Shown here: piece after piece, positions 33,982 through 47,150 of the stretch
Position numbering within the stretch: the first letter of the stretch is position 1
How the letters are laid out: each line of letters begins with the position of its first letter
Source: Phyllosticta citribraziliensis
Taxonomy: Eukaryota
Assembly: GCF_038025025.1 (NCBI RefSeq)
Contig: NW_027117349.1
Coordinates: 1,116,001-1,180,000 of the forward strand
Length of the DNA: 64,000 bases
Direction of reading: 5' to 3'
Made by a program: the position numbers and the translations under genes
Notes under the pieces: model-generated
Database searches by the model: none
What the model was told of the DNA's origin: nothing
Seen by the model: the letters and a program-made list of their open reading frames with translations, nothing else

Positions 33982-35887
33982 AGGACGTCGCCTTGAGTGT
34001 TTGTGGCGGCAGAGTGAAGACGAGGTCGTCTAGTCTGTTGTTCTATTTTTGTTTCTCGATATTTTATGGCGTTGCGTGCACTGTGGTTTCTCTCTTCTCT
34101 TTCTTCATTGTATTCAAAATCCCCATAAGAGTGCGGTGTTGCATAGGCGTTTTGTTTTTGTCCCATCTTGCTTTACTCGCTTGCCCGGTCTCTTGTCGCC
34201 TTTTATTGTCTAGTTCTATATCCACATCGCTTTGCCCCACATCTATCATCCCGCCATCCATCCATCCACTCGCCTCTTTCATGAGCAGTCGCTTTTCGAT
34301 CCGATCTAGTTCGAATCCCCTCATAGTGTGCTTCCTCTTCGCTTTCGCCACTTTTCATCCTTCACAGTCTCGGTCCCAACATGCGCTCACCGTCCGATTA
34401 CGCCTCACACGTTCCCACGACTCACCCAATGTAGATAGACCCCATGCAAGTCCGCAAGGTAGCCACGCGTCACAAGACTCACGCCGTAAGAAAAGATCAA
34501 GACTGATGCACCACAATTCCACTTCAGCCGTTCCTCTTTCTCACCCACTCGCTCGCGTGCTCCAGGTGCTCTCACGCCACGCCAAGTGCGGCCTTGCGCC
34601 GCCAAGCTCCCGCACTTACCTTGCGTGTACGTAGATACGTACCTTGGCTCGTTCGCCTAGATGGTCGGTACATGATTGAATGTATAACGGGCTGATAAGA
34701 CTGACTCGCCTCGATCGGCGTTTGCGCGTGGTGGATCCGTGCGCGAGGACGGCGCCGCCGTGTTGTATAGGAATGGCGGCGTGTGCTCGGCGCGGGCGTC
34801 TGGTCTGGTTCGAGACGAGGTATCATTGGTGGTGGTGGTTGACGGGCCGGTTGCGTGAAGTTTATCTGATGCTTTTTTTTTTTTTTTTTGGGAGGGGTGG
34901 GTTAATGTGCTGATGGATCGAAGGTTCTTTTTGTGGCTTGTGAGGATTCAAAGATGGGCTTGTTGGGGTGAATGGAGAGAAGTCTGGCGCCATTGATTTA
35001 CTTGCTCGACGATTGAATGTCGAGAGTGGAGTGGAGGAAAAGGCGAAGGAAGCGTGAGGCGAGACGGACCTGACGACGGCACCCCGCGGCGGCGCCCACT
35101 CGCGTCGTTCCCCGGCCGTCGAGCCCCCGCGTTCTCTCTCCCTCCCCCTCCGCACAACCTCCAAACACCATCTGCCCACATCACGACACGTCTGGAGCAG
35201 CAGAGCGCGCCGTCCACGGCCAACGGCCAAACACCATGGCTCCGCCACCCAATCACCCAGTAATAGCCTCACGCTCGCCACGTCCACGGCTGGCACCATT
35301 CCGCGGATATGCACAGATAGGTTGTGCCTATCGGCGCGCTCGGTTGCCCAAAGGAGGGCGCCGATAAGCCAGCCAGCTTGACGGCGGGCGGGCGGGCTCA
35401 ACCTACCTACCTGCGTTGATATGACAGGGCTGAAGGCAAGGGTTTGACAGCAATTTTTCAGTCCTGGGCAAGCTTTTCCCGTCGCTGGCTGGCTTGCCGC
35501 GCGAGAACTGCTGCTAACCTGAGTGCGAGGCGAGGCGCGCCGCTCCATTCCGTTTCATTTTCGCCCGTCGTCGTTGTTGTCGATTTATTTGTGTCAGCGT
35601 TGTTCTGGAGAGACAAGAGCTGCGGGCGCCACGATTGGTTGGATAGCTCTCCGTGGGCTGGCTGCGACGGTGGGAGAGGGTTGCATGGTGCTGGTATCGA
35701 CGTGAAGCTGCAGGGCGAGGCGGCGATAAGTAGCCAACTGAGGTCGCATTGCTACATGTACTCCCCCCAGACGTCCCGTCCTCTCTTTACCATCCGCCAT
35801 TCTTTTTGAGCCTCTTCCTCGCCGTCTCGCCCTCCGTCCGTCTGTCCCTCGCCTCGTTCTCCTCCCCCTCCTCCACCTCTCCCCACC

Positions 35888-37524
35888 ATGGCGGTCGAAG
35901 AAGACGCCGCAACCAAACACGCCGGCGACGTCAAAGTCACCACATCCTCGCCGTCCTCCCTCAAAGATGCGCCCCTCAGCAGCGTCGAAGCCGGCACCGT
36001 CGGCAGCGCCGACATCGCCCCCGAACACTTCGCCAACGAATCGTCCCTCATCCTCAAGTTCGACCTGCGCATCCTGCCCGTGCTCGCCTTCATGTACCTC
36101 TGCAACTCGCTCGACAAGGGCAACCTCGGCAACGCAAAGACGGACCACATGGAGGACGACCTGCACTTCAAGAGCAACCAGTACAACATCATCCTCAGCG
36201 TCTTTTACGTGCCCTACGTCGTTTTTGCCGCCCCCATTGCCTTTTTGGGCAAGAAGTATGGCGCGGCAAAGGTTTTGGCGATTCTGATGTTTTCGTTTGG
36301 CTCGTTTACCCTGTTGTCGGCTTCGGTGCACAATTTTGGGGGCATGATGGCTGTGAGGTGGTTTTTGGGTAAGTCGAGTGTGTTGAATTGATCTGGGCGC
36401 GGAGCTAACCTTTGATAGGCATGTCCGAGTCTGCCTTTTTTCCGCTGGTCATTTACTACTTGACTACCTTCTATCGTCGAGGAGAATTGGCGCGTAGATT
36501 GGCACTGTTCTATGCAGCTTCAAACATCGCGAACGCGTTCTCCGGCTTGTTGGCTTTTGGCGTCTTTCGTAAGTGTTTTTTCGATTTTCACCCCCATTCC
36601 GCACCACCGAGCTGACCATCCATGACAGAAATCAACTCCTCGCTCCCTGGCTGGCGCTACCTCTTCCTCATCGAGGGCGCCGCCACCGTCTGCTTCTCCA
36701 TCTTCACCTTCTTCTACCTGCCCAAATCCGCCGCCGAAGCAAAGTTCCTCGACGCAGACGAGCGCCGCATCGCCTTTGCACGCATCCAGCAAGACTCGTC
36801 ATCCGTCGTCAACGAAGCCTTCAACCTGCGCGACGCGCTCAAAGTCTTCTCGTACCCGTCGACCTACGCCTTCCTAGCCATCGAAGTGTGTCTCGGCGTC
36901 CCGCTGCAATCGGTCAACAACTTCCTCCCGCAAATCGTGGCGCGGCTGGGCTACTCGACGGTCAAGACGAACCTGTACACGGTGGCGCCCAACATCTGCG
37001 GGGCGGTGGTGCTGCTGCTGCTGGCCTTCACGTCGGACTACACGCGCATCCGCTTCCCGTTCATCGCGCTGGGCTTCCTGTTCACGTTCGTCGGCTTCAT
37101 CATCTACGCCACCATCGACGACGTGCACGCGCAGATCCGCGTCGCCTACTTCGCCTGCTTCATGATGACGTGGGGCACCAGCGCGCCGTCGGTGCTGCTG
37201 TCGACCTGGTACAACAACAACATTGCCCACGAGGGCCGCCGCGTCACGCTGACGGCCGTTGGCGTGCCGTTGGCCAACATGATGGGCGTCGTCAGCTCCA
37301 ACATCTTCCGCAATCAGGATGCCCCGAAGTACCTCCCCGCGCTCGCCACGACGGCCGCCTTTGGCGCCACTGGCGTGCTGTGCACCCTCCTGCTCGGCGC
37401 GTTCATGGTCGTGGATAACAAGCGCCGCGACAGCAGGCAGGGCGTCAAGCGCAGCGCGAAAGATGTCAGCACGGAGATGCTGCGCGAGGGCCCGGCGTCT
37501 GCTGATTTCAGATGGTTTCTGTAG
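35888..37524 (+). CDS. MFS transporter, anion:cation symporter (Dal5/Tna1-like) family, 3 exons
   Basis: KFDLRILP, SLDKGNLGNAK, YYLTTFYRRGELARR, GWRYLFLIEG, FLPQIV, QDAPKY. Introns at 36369-36418 and 36569-36628. Confidence 0.94.
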
Positions 37525-40500
37525 ATGCGGAGGTATGTGGGATGGTTGGGAAAGGAGTAGAAAAGTCCCGGTGGATTGTGTTGTCGTTCTTTTTCTATAT
37601 GATACCAAAATGCTGCTGTTGCCATTGCTAGAGATGACGGTCTTTGTTCGACGAAATAAAAGTCTTTTTTCTCCTTTACACCAGCGGCGTGTAGACTACG
37701 CGACAGCGGTGCCTTTTCTTTGCTGTTTCTAGATGTTGATGCCGCAGTGTATCAAATGCGAGAATGGAGAGAAATACGTTTGAAAGAAGCTCATGTCGTC
37801 AGGGGTAAGTTCCAAAAGAGGGGGGCGGGCGGGGGGTTTGTTTCTCTTTTGTCGCTTCTCTTCCTCTATTCCTCTATCCTCTGTTCCTCCGTCCTACTTC
37901 CTCCTCTTTGCAGGCATCTGCGATGGCATGGATACTCCACGCAACGACGGCGAAGTCCACCACTTACGGACAATGAAGCCCAACTCCACGGCTCAATCAA
38001 CGTGAACTCCTTTGCAAAGTTACGGCGGAGCCATCAAAGCGACGCAAACCTCAAACTTAGAAGCGTGTCTGCTCTCCTCCGCAAGGACACGAAATGAAGT
38101 GAATTGGATTCCTGGCATCAGTGTCGCAACCCAGGATCTGGAGATTGGGCACTGTCAACCGCGGCCTCGTCAATGTCGCTTGAGTCGAGACACAGAGCAG
38201 ATGCTGTGCTTTTATACCCTCCTGAGCACTCTGGCCCCGTGCCAGCGCGACGGCGCAGCTGAGCAACCACGCTGCCGCTTTTGGGGCTTGTGCCGGCAGG
38301 TTTGGGTACATAACCAGCCTCTCCGGCAGTGTGGCAGGTGGATTGTCAAGCGGTCCCAACTCTCAACTGTGGCGATTCAAGTGGTCAGCTCCACTCCGGG
38401 TCTGGAAAGGGACGAAAAGTACCAGACTGTGGCCTTTTTGTTTTGCTTGGGCCCAGGTCTTCTTTGCCTAACGCAGCTTTTCCACGCTTCTGGGGAGCGA
38501 GGAATGGCGTGTTGAGTAGCCGTATGGCGCCGTGCTGTCCAGACTCATCCTTAATACAAGCTGACTCTCGTCATCACGACACCCCGACGGCTGCTTTCCT
38601 CCCGGCATTTCTACCACATGAAGCCAGCAACCAGCGCACCCACCAGCGTGTCTGGTTGTTGAGATGACCAGAAGAAGAAGTCGAAATCTGGCAAATCCGC
38701 GTTGGTCCCCCCGTCCTCGTCGACCCCGGATCTGCCACTGCACTGCACTGCAAGAAGCTCGAGGAGAGCTGTATATATACCTCCGCAAGACCGCGCTGAC
38801 GGCGGAGTGAAATCACAGGCAAAAGCTGAGTTGGTCTGCGCCGCATGTGTTGACCGAATGGCTGACTGACTGACTGGCAGTTCACATGCCCCTGACAATC
38901 TCCGCCTGACCCCTGATTCCTGACACCTGACAACTGAAACCGATTACAACGGCGATACCTACAGCGACAGCGACATCTGACAGGTCCATGCTCGCCTCAA
39001 TTCGCTTTCTTCTGAGGGTGACGGCGAGTATAAAAGAGCCCGTCGCCCTCGGTCTGAGGGAGTGAACATCGACAAGCGGGACTCGGCTTGAATGGACTGG
39101 CTGCTGCTCTCATACTGCTCCTGTGTCTGCGGTTGCCAGATCATGTATCCCAATCTCACTTTGTGTCGTTTTCTCCCGTTGTCCCATTCTCCTGCGCAAA
39201 GACCTCTCGCTCGCTCAGGGGAAGAAGACGCATAAGACAAGATAAGCAATACTCAACACTACCGCTCACCACCGTATCCACCACGCCGACGCCCTTCGCC
39301 ATCATCGTCTGCAGTTGCTGAGCATCTTTTTCCGTCCCTCCCTTCTTCCTTGCTCTCAAAACAAACAAGGCAGACCCCCGGCAACCCGCCCAAAGAGAGA
39401 CAAAAAGAAGTAGAATTCTTGAATGAAGGCGCGGCGAGGAGAGGCGCAAGAGTAACCACCCGCCGAGTGGCATGTAACGCCAGTAGGACGTCTCGCGCGC
39501 CGCTCTTGCGTTGATGGAGGGAGAGGCGGAGAAAGATGGGCGTAGTTTAATACTCGACGGGCGAACTCTTCACGGGATGTGTCGGCAGGCAGCTGCTTTG
39601 AGTACGCGTGATGGGTTGCAGGGCATGTGGTTTTCCTTATTCTTATTCTCGTGCGATGGGCAGGACGCAGGAAGACGTGGGTATAAAAACCCGCCTCCAT
39701 CTCCTCAACTCCCAAAGCCATGACAGAGCCGCCTCGCGTGTTCGACGAAGGACAGCACGTCAAAAATTCATCAAGACGAGCTACTGGCCGCTCTGGGTTG
39801 CATTGACGACTGCGGCCCTGTGTTTTGTCTTGTATCGTATTACAAATCGACTGGTTCGTGTCCAGCGAGCTTGAGTGGTTGCCCCTTTCCATCCGCCATC
39901 GTCACTCTTATTGTCTGCCGTCGTTTCTAGTGTAGCTGATGGCCACCTTCATGCAGAGACGCTTTTCAACACACAAAGAAGCAGCGTTGCCGTGTCATAC
40001 ATGCCCCCTTTCCCAGCATGAACACCCCCCAGGTATCTCAAACAACCTATCGCCTAGCAGCGCAAAAGGAACCCCCCAATGCAACAGACCAGCCAAAATA
40101 GCACAAAGCAAAGAACATTCAATCAACGCAATTAGCAGCAACAACCGAGACAGACGAAAGCAAAAACAAAGGCGACGCTAACAAACAGCTCAGTTCAGTT
40201 CAGCTCGTACACGTTACGAACGACCCACCATTCCTATCACCATCAAGTCATGATGAATCCAATAAACTCTATTCCCTCGTGCTTCCCTTTCGATCCCATA
40301 CCCTCCCCCGACCATCGATGCCCAAGAGCCGCACCGTGCGAGACATGTCGGGCAGAGCGAGCAGCGCACGGCCGCTTGGCGTCCTTCACGTAGGTTTGGC
40401 AATCTCCGCGATGCGAGATAGAGAGAGGGGAGTGCGGTATGCCGCGCCGTCAATGGGCTAGAGCGCAATACGCGCCGCTGCCGATGGCGATGGTGAGGGA

Positions 40501-43500
40501 AAGAAAGGGGTGGTGCGGGTGGAGTGATTGCTGCGGCAAGCTCGCTCTGGACTCCGACAGAAGTCATCCAGACACGAGCGCGAGAGGGGAGAATGAGGGT
40601 GGGAGAGTGTTTGGCTGGACGGATCAAGCCTGTCCCCAGCGTCCATCAGCCGTGTGGCCGTCTATGTGTCTGTCCGTACGCGTCTACGCGCGCCCAATTC
40701 GCCAGATGTCTGAGCACCACGATTAACCTCCCATCGATCGCCAAAGAGGGTCTGCGATTGTAGAGCCTCGGCCGGCAAGTGCCAGCTCTTGCTGGGACCA
40801 GGGCGCAAGGGAAGGTGCAGAAAAGGAGGGATGGCGAGAGGGGGAGCGCGGATCAGGTACGCGCAGCGAGTGGTGGAGTGGGGTGACGAAACAACAACGG
40901 CCGATGAGGACGACGGGCAACGGAAGAGAGACAGTGGAAAGTGCGTCTGGGGGAGGCGACAGGGACTGCTCGACGAGGGCGGCAGTGCGCAGGAAAGGGA
41001 CGTATGGGTATAGAGTGAGCAAGCTGCCTGGTTGGGTGCGTGCCAGATGAGGCGCGGGCTGGGCGGGCAAGGGTAGGCAGAAAAAAAGGGAAAGGGGTAG
41101 GCCAATCGAACTAGCAGGCCAGAAATGGAATGTGGCAGGGTCATGATGACACGGAGAGAGCTCGTGCCGATGGTGCCGCCCGGCAGTGGTGGTGATGCTG
41201 AAGGAATCGAGGTGGAGATGGTGGAGTCGAATAGTCAGATATGGCTGACTGTGTGCGCATCGCCCACCGGGTAACTACTCCCAGCGCCTCATGGCTTGGT
41301 GGCGTGGAGGGCAAAAATGTGAGCATCAAGTGCCTGGCTGCCTCTGCGTGTGAAAGCGTTACGACACCTGTCTGAGATTCTGCTTGCGGTGCAAATTGTG
41401 ATTGGGGCGAGTTGAACGAATGTGAGCGATTGCTCTGTGGATTCGGCTCCAGAGTGCTGCACTGCGCCGCGCCTACGCCATTCCGAACTGCCGATGCAGC
41501 TGCACAGTTGCAGTTACTTGTTGAAACGGCAACGGCATTAAGAAACCTGGTCGGCCCGGGACGTGACGGGGCGCGCGGCATTGCCGGCATGTGGGTACAC
41601 TGCTCGTGGGTTCAGCTTCAGGGTGTCGAGGTCTAGATGTTGACAAGCCATGTCCGGTTGTGAGGCTGTTGCGCAGGCAGGGAAGGATGCTTGCAGGTCA
41701 GCATGCGAGAAACAGGGGTAGCTCCGAGCTTTGCAGGCGCAGATTGGAGAAGCTTGGTTCTGAACTCAACCTTGATTCCACGGTGGGTGTCGAAAGGAAT
41801 GATATTCCTTGAGTCTGGCTGCTGTGGTGATTGACAACCTCTCTCTTAATCTGCGGTAGTCAATGGATGCTCCCAAGACGCAACCCGGCGTCAAATGAAA
41901 TCGTTTCTTTCGATAGAAAATGTTGGCGCGTTGAATGCAGTTAAGCTGCTCCTGGCTGATCGTGATGCTCGATATTGGGCGACAACGGCAAAAATCATCC
42001 AATCGAAAAGGTATTGTACGTCCAGGTCAGGGCGTGGTAGTGAAGCTGGATTGGGTGTCAGTACCGGTACAGTCTCCTCTTCGTTGCCCCGTCTCGCTTG
42101 GCATGTCGTCTAGTTTCACTCGCCTCGCTCTGCGGGTGCCCCTGCGTCGATGACTGTCTGGCGAAGATCTGGATTTTGGATCTCTCGCTTTGACATGAAG
42201 CGCATGAAGAGGTGCAGATGCGGCGCTGTGATTGGCTGCGGGGAAGAGCGGGGACGCAACCCAAAATCCCAATGGCGGCCACCAGCTCGAGCTGTCTCGT
42301 CCAATATTGCATGCGCTAGGCCCTGCGAACACCCAGTTGCCGCTCGTGAGAGCAGTAGGAACAAACGTGCCGCCGCCGCAGCCGCGATGTGGCATGCAAG
42401 ACATTCGATTAGTTACATGTCATCTGGGTTGTGCTGCGCGCGTAGATGCGCGATCGGCGCGTGGTTGTGAGAAGGGCTGAAGGGCTGCAGCGAGCCGCCG
42501 TGGATTGGGATCTTGACAGGCGCCAGCTGCAGTGGCGTGCTGAGGCGAGCTGATCCGACGCATCTTTGTCTCTACAAGGCATGGCCGAGAGCCTAAATTG
42601 CCTTGTAGTCTGCTTGGTCACGGCGTTTCTGCAAGCTGCGTCTAGTGGTTGCTGCGATGCATGCAGCAACCACAACAGGTTAACACTAGCATTAGCTGGG
42701 CAAGATGCTGTCAGGGACAAATCATGGTATCCTCGAGCCTAATAACTCTGTGCACATGCACCTCGCCAGCAAGAAGTTGTACCAAAAGCTCGCCTTGGTA
42801 TAGATTGCAAAATTGACGAATGATTGAACAGAGCCTAGGATCGGTTTCCGGGCCATGTTTGAGAGCGAAAAGTAGCCAACGCGGGGGGGCGCCTGTGTGG
42901 TCAGTAGTCTGCGAGAAGCGCGTACTTGAGAGCGGAATGGGCATGCCCGTCTTTGGGCGACCAGTCAATGAGTTGCAACGATCCGCAATTAGGCGAAGTT
43001 GCAGGTCCAGGAGCATCCAATGCTTGATGTGGGACGAGGAAAGCGTGGATGGAGATACGAGAAGAAATTTTGCTTGCAGTAATGGCCTTCCAGTAGCGTC
43101 CTGGCCAAGGTGGAAAAGGATCGTGCAGAAGAGCAATGTGCTCTAGACCCAAAATGGCACATACACCGATTTAGTTTTGGCATATGCTTGCAGAGCCGGG
43201 TCTCTTGAAGAAATGACCAAAAAAGAAAAAGGAAGGCTGCGCCACACAGCCATCAATGCAAGCAAGCCAAACCATCAACTTGACCTTGACAACGAGGCTA
43301 TAAAAAACGACAGGACGTGAGGTGCAAACAAAGTCAAAATGGCAAGCAAAAGAAACATGACTTGTAAATGGGTAGGCCAAGATACGCATTAGCCAGGAGA
43401 TGGTCAGCACTAACAAAGGGCATCGAAAGTAAAGTCGACAAGCCTATGAGAAGGCTTTGAAAATGGCCGTCAATGTTTGAAACGCTTCTGCCTGAACACA

Positions 43501-46097
43501 ACGTGCCAGTGACGGCGCAGAAACAAAATGGTACGATGATATTCAGGGGAGAAGAGGGGAAGCGTCTGAGAGGTAGGTGTATGTCAAGGCACCTTTCGCG
43601 TGCTGAAGAGGGCGGACTCGTCACTAGCAGCAAAGTAGACTGCAAGCTTCCCCAAGCCGATAGGCCAAGAGACAAAATTGGAAAATTTCAACAGCCTGAA
43701 TGTTGGCAAAGGCAGTAGCGTCCATCTGCTAGTACGCCACATTACGCACCCTCTGGCCGCGGCTAGGGGCTGCCGACGGGACGGCCAACGGGCTCGGGAG
43801 AGGCCACAGCCTCGTGGTGTGGCGATGAGCAGGCGACTAGTGGCGGACGAGTCAACAGCTGGCGCCGTGGCAAGCAAGTCGTTGACAACCGGTTTTGCCG
43901 TCGGGCGTCGGCGGCGGGTGAGCGGTGCGTCATGGACGGGAATGCCGATGGAGAGGTCGAGTGGGTGGATGAAGAAGTGAGCGAGTGGAGATGGGCTGGG
44001 ACCGGGATGGAGCAAGCGGAGTCGACGTTGTGGTCGGGCCGAAGTTGAGCCAGCCACCGCAGGCGAGAGGGAACGACAGGTCGAGGACACACGAGAGAAA
44101 CGGGCCTCAAACAGGCACAACCGACATGTTCAGCTCTCACTCTTCCAGTTTTGCATCTTGCAGATTATCCGCGCCGGACATTTCACTGCATGTCGACGGA
44201 TACTCCTACCCCGCTGAAACGGCAGCGTGACATCGTGAGGGAGCAGAGCAAATGCCCCCACGGACGGCTCCGCGATGAGTCACGGTCGCAGCAAATGCAA
44301 AAGAGATGGACGCAAACTCGAGTCTGGCCGGCGGTTGGCATCGGGCTTGGGACCAAGTCGACTCCGTCCTGGGACAGTCCTGGTCGGCGCGCATGAGGCG
44401 AGATCCTTGCTGAGCTGAGAGCAGGGCGGCGGCCCAGACGGGCAACCTTTGACGCAATGCAAGGAGCACCGGAGAGGCCGATGTCAACGGCGGCCACCAA
44501 AACCTTCTTCAAGTCCATCGTCGTTTTCGCTCTGCTGGCTCCAGCTGGCTGGCCCATGACGAAGGAGCCGGGCTCGCAGCGAGGCGCAGCGGGACGGTTT
44601 GCAACTCTGCATACACATGCAGAGCGCAGGGTACTTCTGACATATGCTGCTGCTGATCGCTGCGCCGTTTTGCAGCTTTTGAAACGGCACCGGCTCGAAA
44701 CAAGGCCGTAGGTCTGGTTGTATCTATACGCCCCCTCATGAGAGATCCACTCGAGCCCGGCGAAACACTAGCAGACGCTCGCAGTCGAAAGAAGACGACG
44801 GGCGGGCCGAAGCATCCCGGTCGATGATACAACAGGAATCCCATACATGGAGACGCCGAGATCTTCAACAGACTGTCTGCATGTACTGTGTGTACTGAAT
44901 GGCCACGCCACTGCGACCCTGCCCGTCGGCTGCACAGCCTCAGCTCCCCCGGCTCATCCGCACCCACACAGCAGCATGTCATGCCATCATCGTTGCCCTC
45001 GCTCGTTTCTTGCTGTTTACCTCGCTTCATTGCTGCCCAAGCTGGACACTGGCCATCCCATCGTCATGGTGTGTGTATACTTGGTCACGAGGTGCCCCAA
45101 CAGGCGCCGTGTCTCTTGTATCTCCATCCTGGCATCACATGGCACCGCAGGTTCGCAGGCCGCCCGGTGCGCTCAAGGAGCACCCAATCCCAGTCTTACC
45201 GTTGTGATTCGCCGCGACTAGTCCTTAGTTTCAGTCAACAACGACCTGTCATCCTGCTGCTGCTCACAACGACAGCACCGCCGCGTATACTCTTCCGGTA
45301 AGCTCCAACGGCATGGCTGCGCTCCCCATTTAGAAGACTTCTGGAAAGCCATGCCTATCCAAGCTGCAGAAAGCTGTTGCTACACAAGCCCGGTCCTGGA
45401 TCCTCGGGCCAGGGACTGTACTGTAGCCTTTGAGCCACCGCCTGCCGTTTCAGGGTTGGTGATGCCACAGCAGCTTGATGCCAGATGCGCCTCTCCCGAG
45501 CGCCAGTGGAGCCGCTCCAGCTCGCTGCACGCCCATTACCAAGCACAACCATGCCCTCGAATGCTGCCAGTGCCCCAAGCACGCAGTCGCCCCTCGCCCG
45601 TGCCTTTACCCTACCTCATCCTCCTCCCCCAAGACAGCGCCACAGGCAGCAGCAGCTCGTAATCTCTGGCGGCGAACCGTGGCTGCGCCTTTGCGGGACA
45701 GGATGCGCGTATGCAGTGTCGGGCGCGGTGCGTCCAAAAAGTCTGATGCCATGCAGGCCTTGCCGAAATGGCTCAGCATGCGCGCACCCAGCCGCACTGC
45801 AGCCAGAAAAGGTCGTGACCTCAGATCCACCCACACTTATAGAAAGCCTGCCCCACCACCACCACCGCCAACATCCTCCCTCACCCTTCACCACTCGCCC
45901 CTCTCTCCCCCTTCCCATTCGTCAGTCTCTCTGAGACCTCTGAACCACAGGCTTGATAATTATTTCCTTTGTGGAGTTTGCCCAGAGAGACCTTTGAGAT
46001 TTTTTTATTTCTTTTCTCTTCCCGCTTGTCCTTTTTTGACGTCCCCAACGTCGTCCCGCTCCTAATCGTCGCATCTCGCCATCGCGTCACCGTCGCA

Positions 46098-47150
46098 ATG
46101 CCGATATCATTACTCCCGGCCTCAGCCGCCGCCTTTGCTCCCCGCTCAGCGCCCACCATTGTCCTCAACTCCAAAGTCGAGCCATGGTTGACTCAGACGC
46201 TCAAGCGGATAAATCGCATAAAGAGGCCCCTCAACAGCGTGCCACAACATTACCGCTGTCTGATGGAGACTCTGTCCGGCTCAGGCGCCATTTGGTCCCT
46301 CTGTTCCCTCATGCTACCCAAGGCACCCGATTCGGAACTGCAAAGGAACCCCGACCCGTTGGTCGAGGCCATGTTCAACTACCAATTGGTCCACATTGAA
46401 GCCTACGTCGTACACGTCGACATGGTTTCACAGCATGAGGTTGCATTCAAACTTACACAGGACACCATCGACGCGCTGGTAGAGTACCACAAGGACATTT
46501 ACTCGGTCGACGTCGCGGCAAACACCTGGTCTTGGGCCGAGAAGGAGGTCCAGTTGAAGAAGCTACAAGAGGAATTCGTCCAAGCCGTAAACCGCTACGT
46601 CTACCGGACCAGCGTGCGCGCTTTGGAGGGCCTGGAAGAGGACGGCGCTGGAGAACTTTTGGATGGCAAAGCCGAAGAGGTGAAGCAAGCAATCAATGGC
46701 CTGTTTCTTCCGCTTTTGCCCCCTCCGCCGAGGATCGTCGACGTTGTCCGACCCGCTCCCCTCCTTCCCAGCTCGCATAGAGCCGACGCGTGGTGGCAGG
46801 CCAGCCAACATGGACCATCGTTGCAACCACCCCCGGTTGAGCCATGGAGGGTGTTGGCTTCAACGCCGAGCCCAACGACGACGGCGAGCAGCGACAGCCA
46901 GACGTCGTTTTGGACAACCATGGCAGGTAGCGACTTTGAACTACCTCTCCCGGCCCCATCATTCAGCCAGCCAATGTGCACCTCGACGCAGTACTTTAGC
47001 CCGCCCACCGCTCCGGCCCCGATCCCTGCGATACCAGCGCTCCCGAGCATGCTGCTCAACCAGTGCGGACCGACCCCTGCGCACACCGGGATGGGAAGCT
47101 TTGGATGGGGCTACAACGACTTTGCACCTCAGTATGCTGCCGCTATGTAG
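46098..47150 (+). CDS. Uncharacterised fungal protein (350 aa), intronless
   Basis: ATG 46098, MPISLLPASAAAFAPR; globular-looking N-terminal half (VEPWLTQTLKRINR...IEAYVVHVDMVSQHEVAFKLT...LEEDGAGELL) and Pro/Ser-rich tail. Confidence 0.85.
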   Translation: MPISLLPASAAAFAPRSAPTIVLNSKVEPWLTQTLKRINRIKRPLNSVPQHYRCLMETLSGSGAIWSLCSLMLPKAPDSELQRNPDPLVEAMFNYQLVHIEAYVVHVDMVSQHEVAFKLTQDTIDALVEYHKDIYSVDVAANTWSWAEKEVQLKKLQEEFVQAVNRYVYRTSVRALEGLEEDGAGELLDGKAEEVKQAINGLFLPLLPPPPRIVDVVRPAPLLPSSHRADAWWQASQHGPSLQPPPVEPWRVLASTPSPTTTASSDSQTSFWTTMAGSDFELPLPAPSFSQPMCTSTQYFSPPTAPAPIPAIPALPSMLLNQCGPTPAHTGMGSFGWGYNDFAPQYAAAM

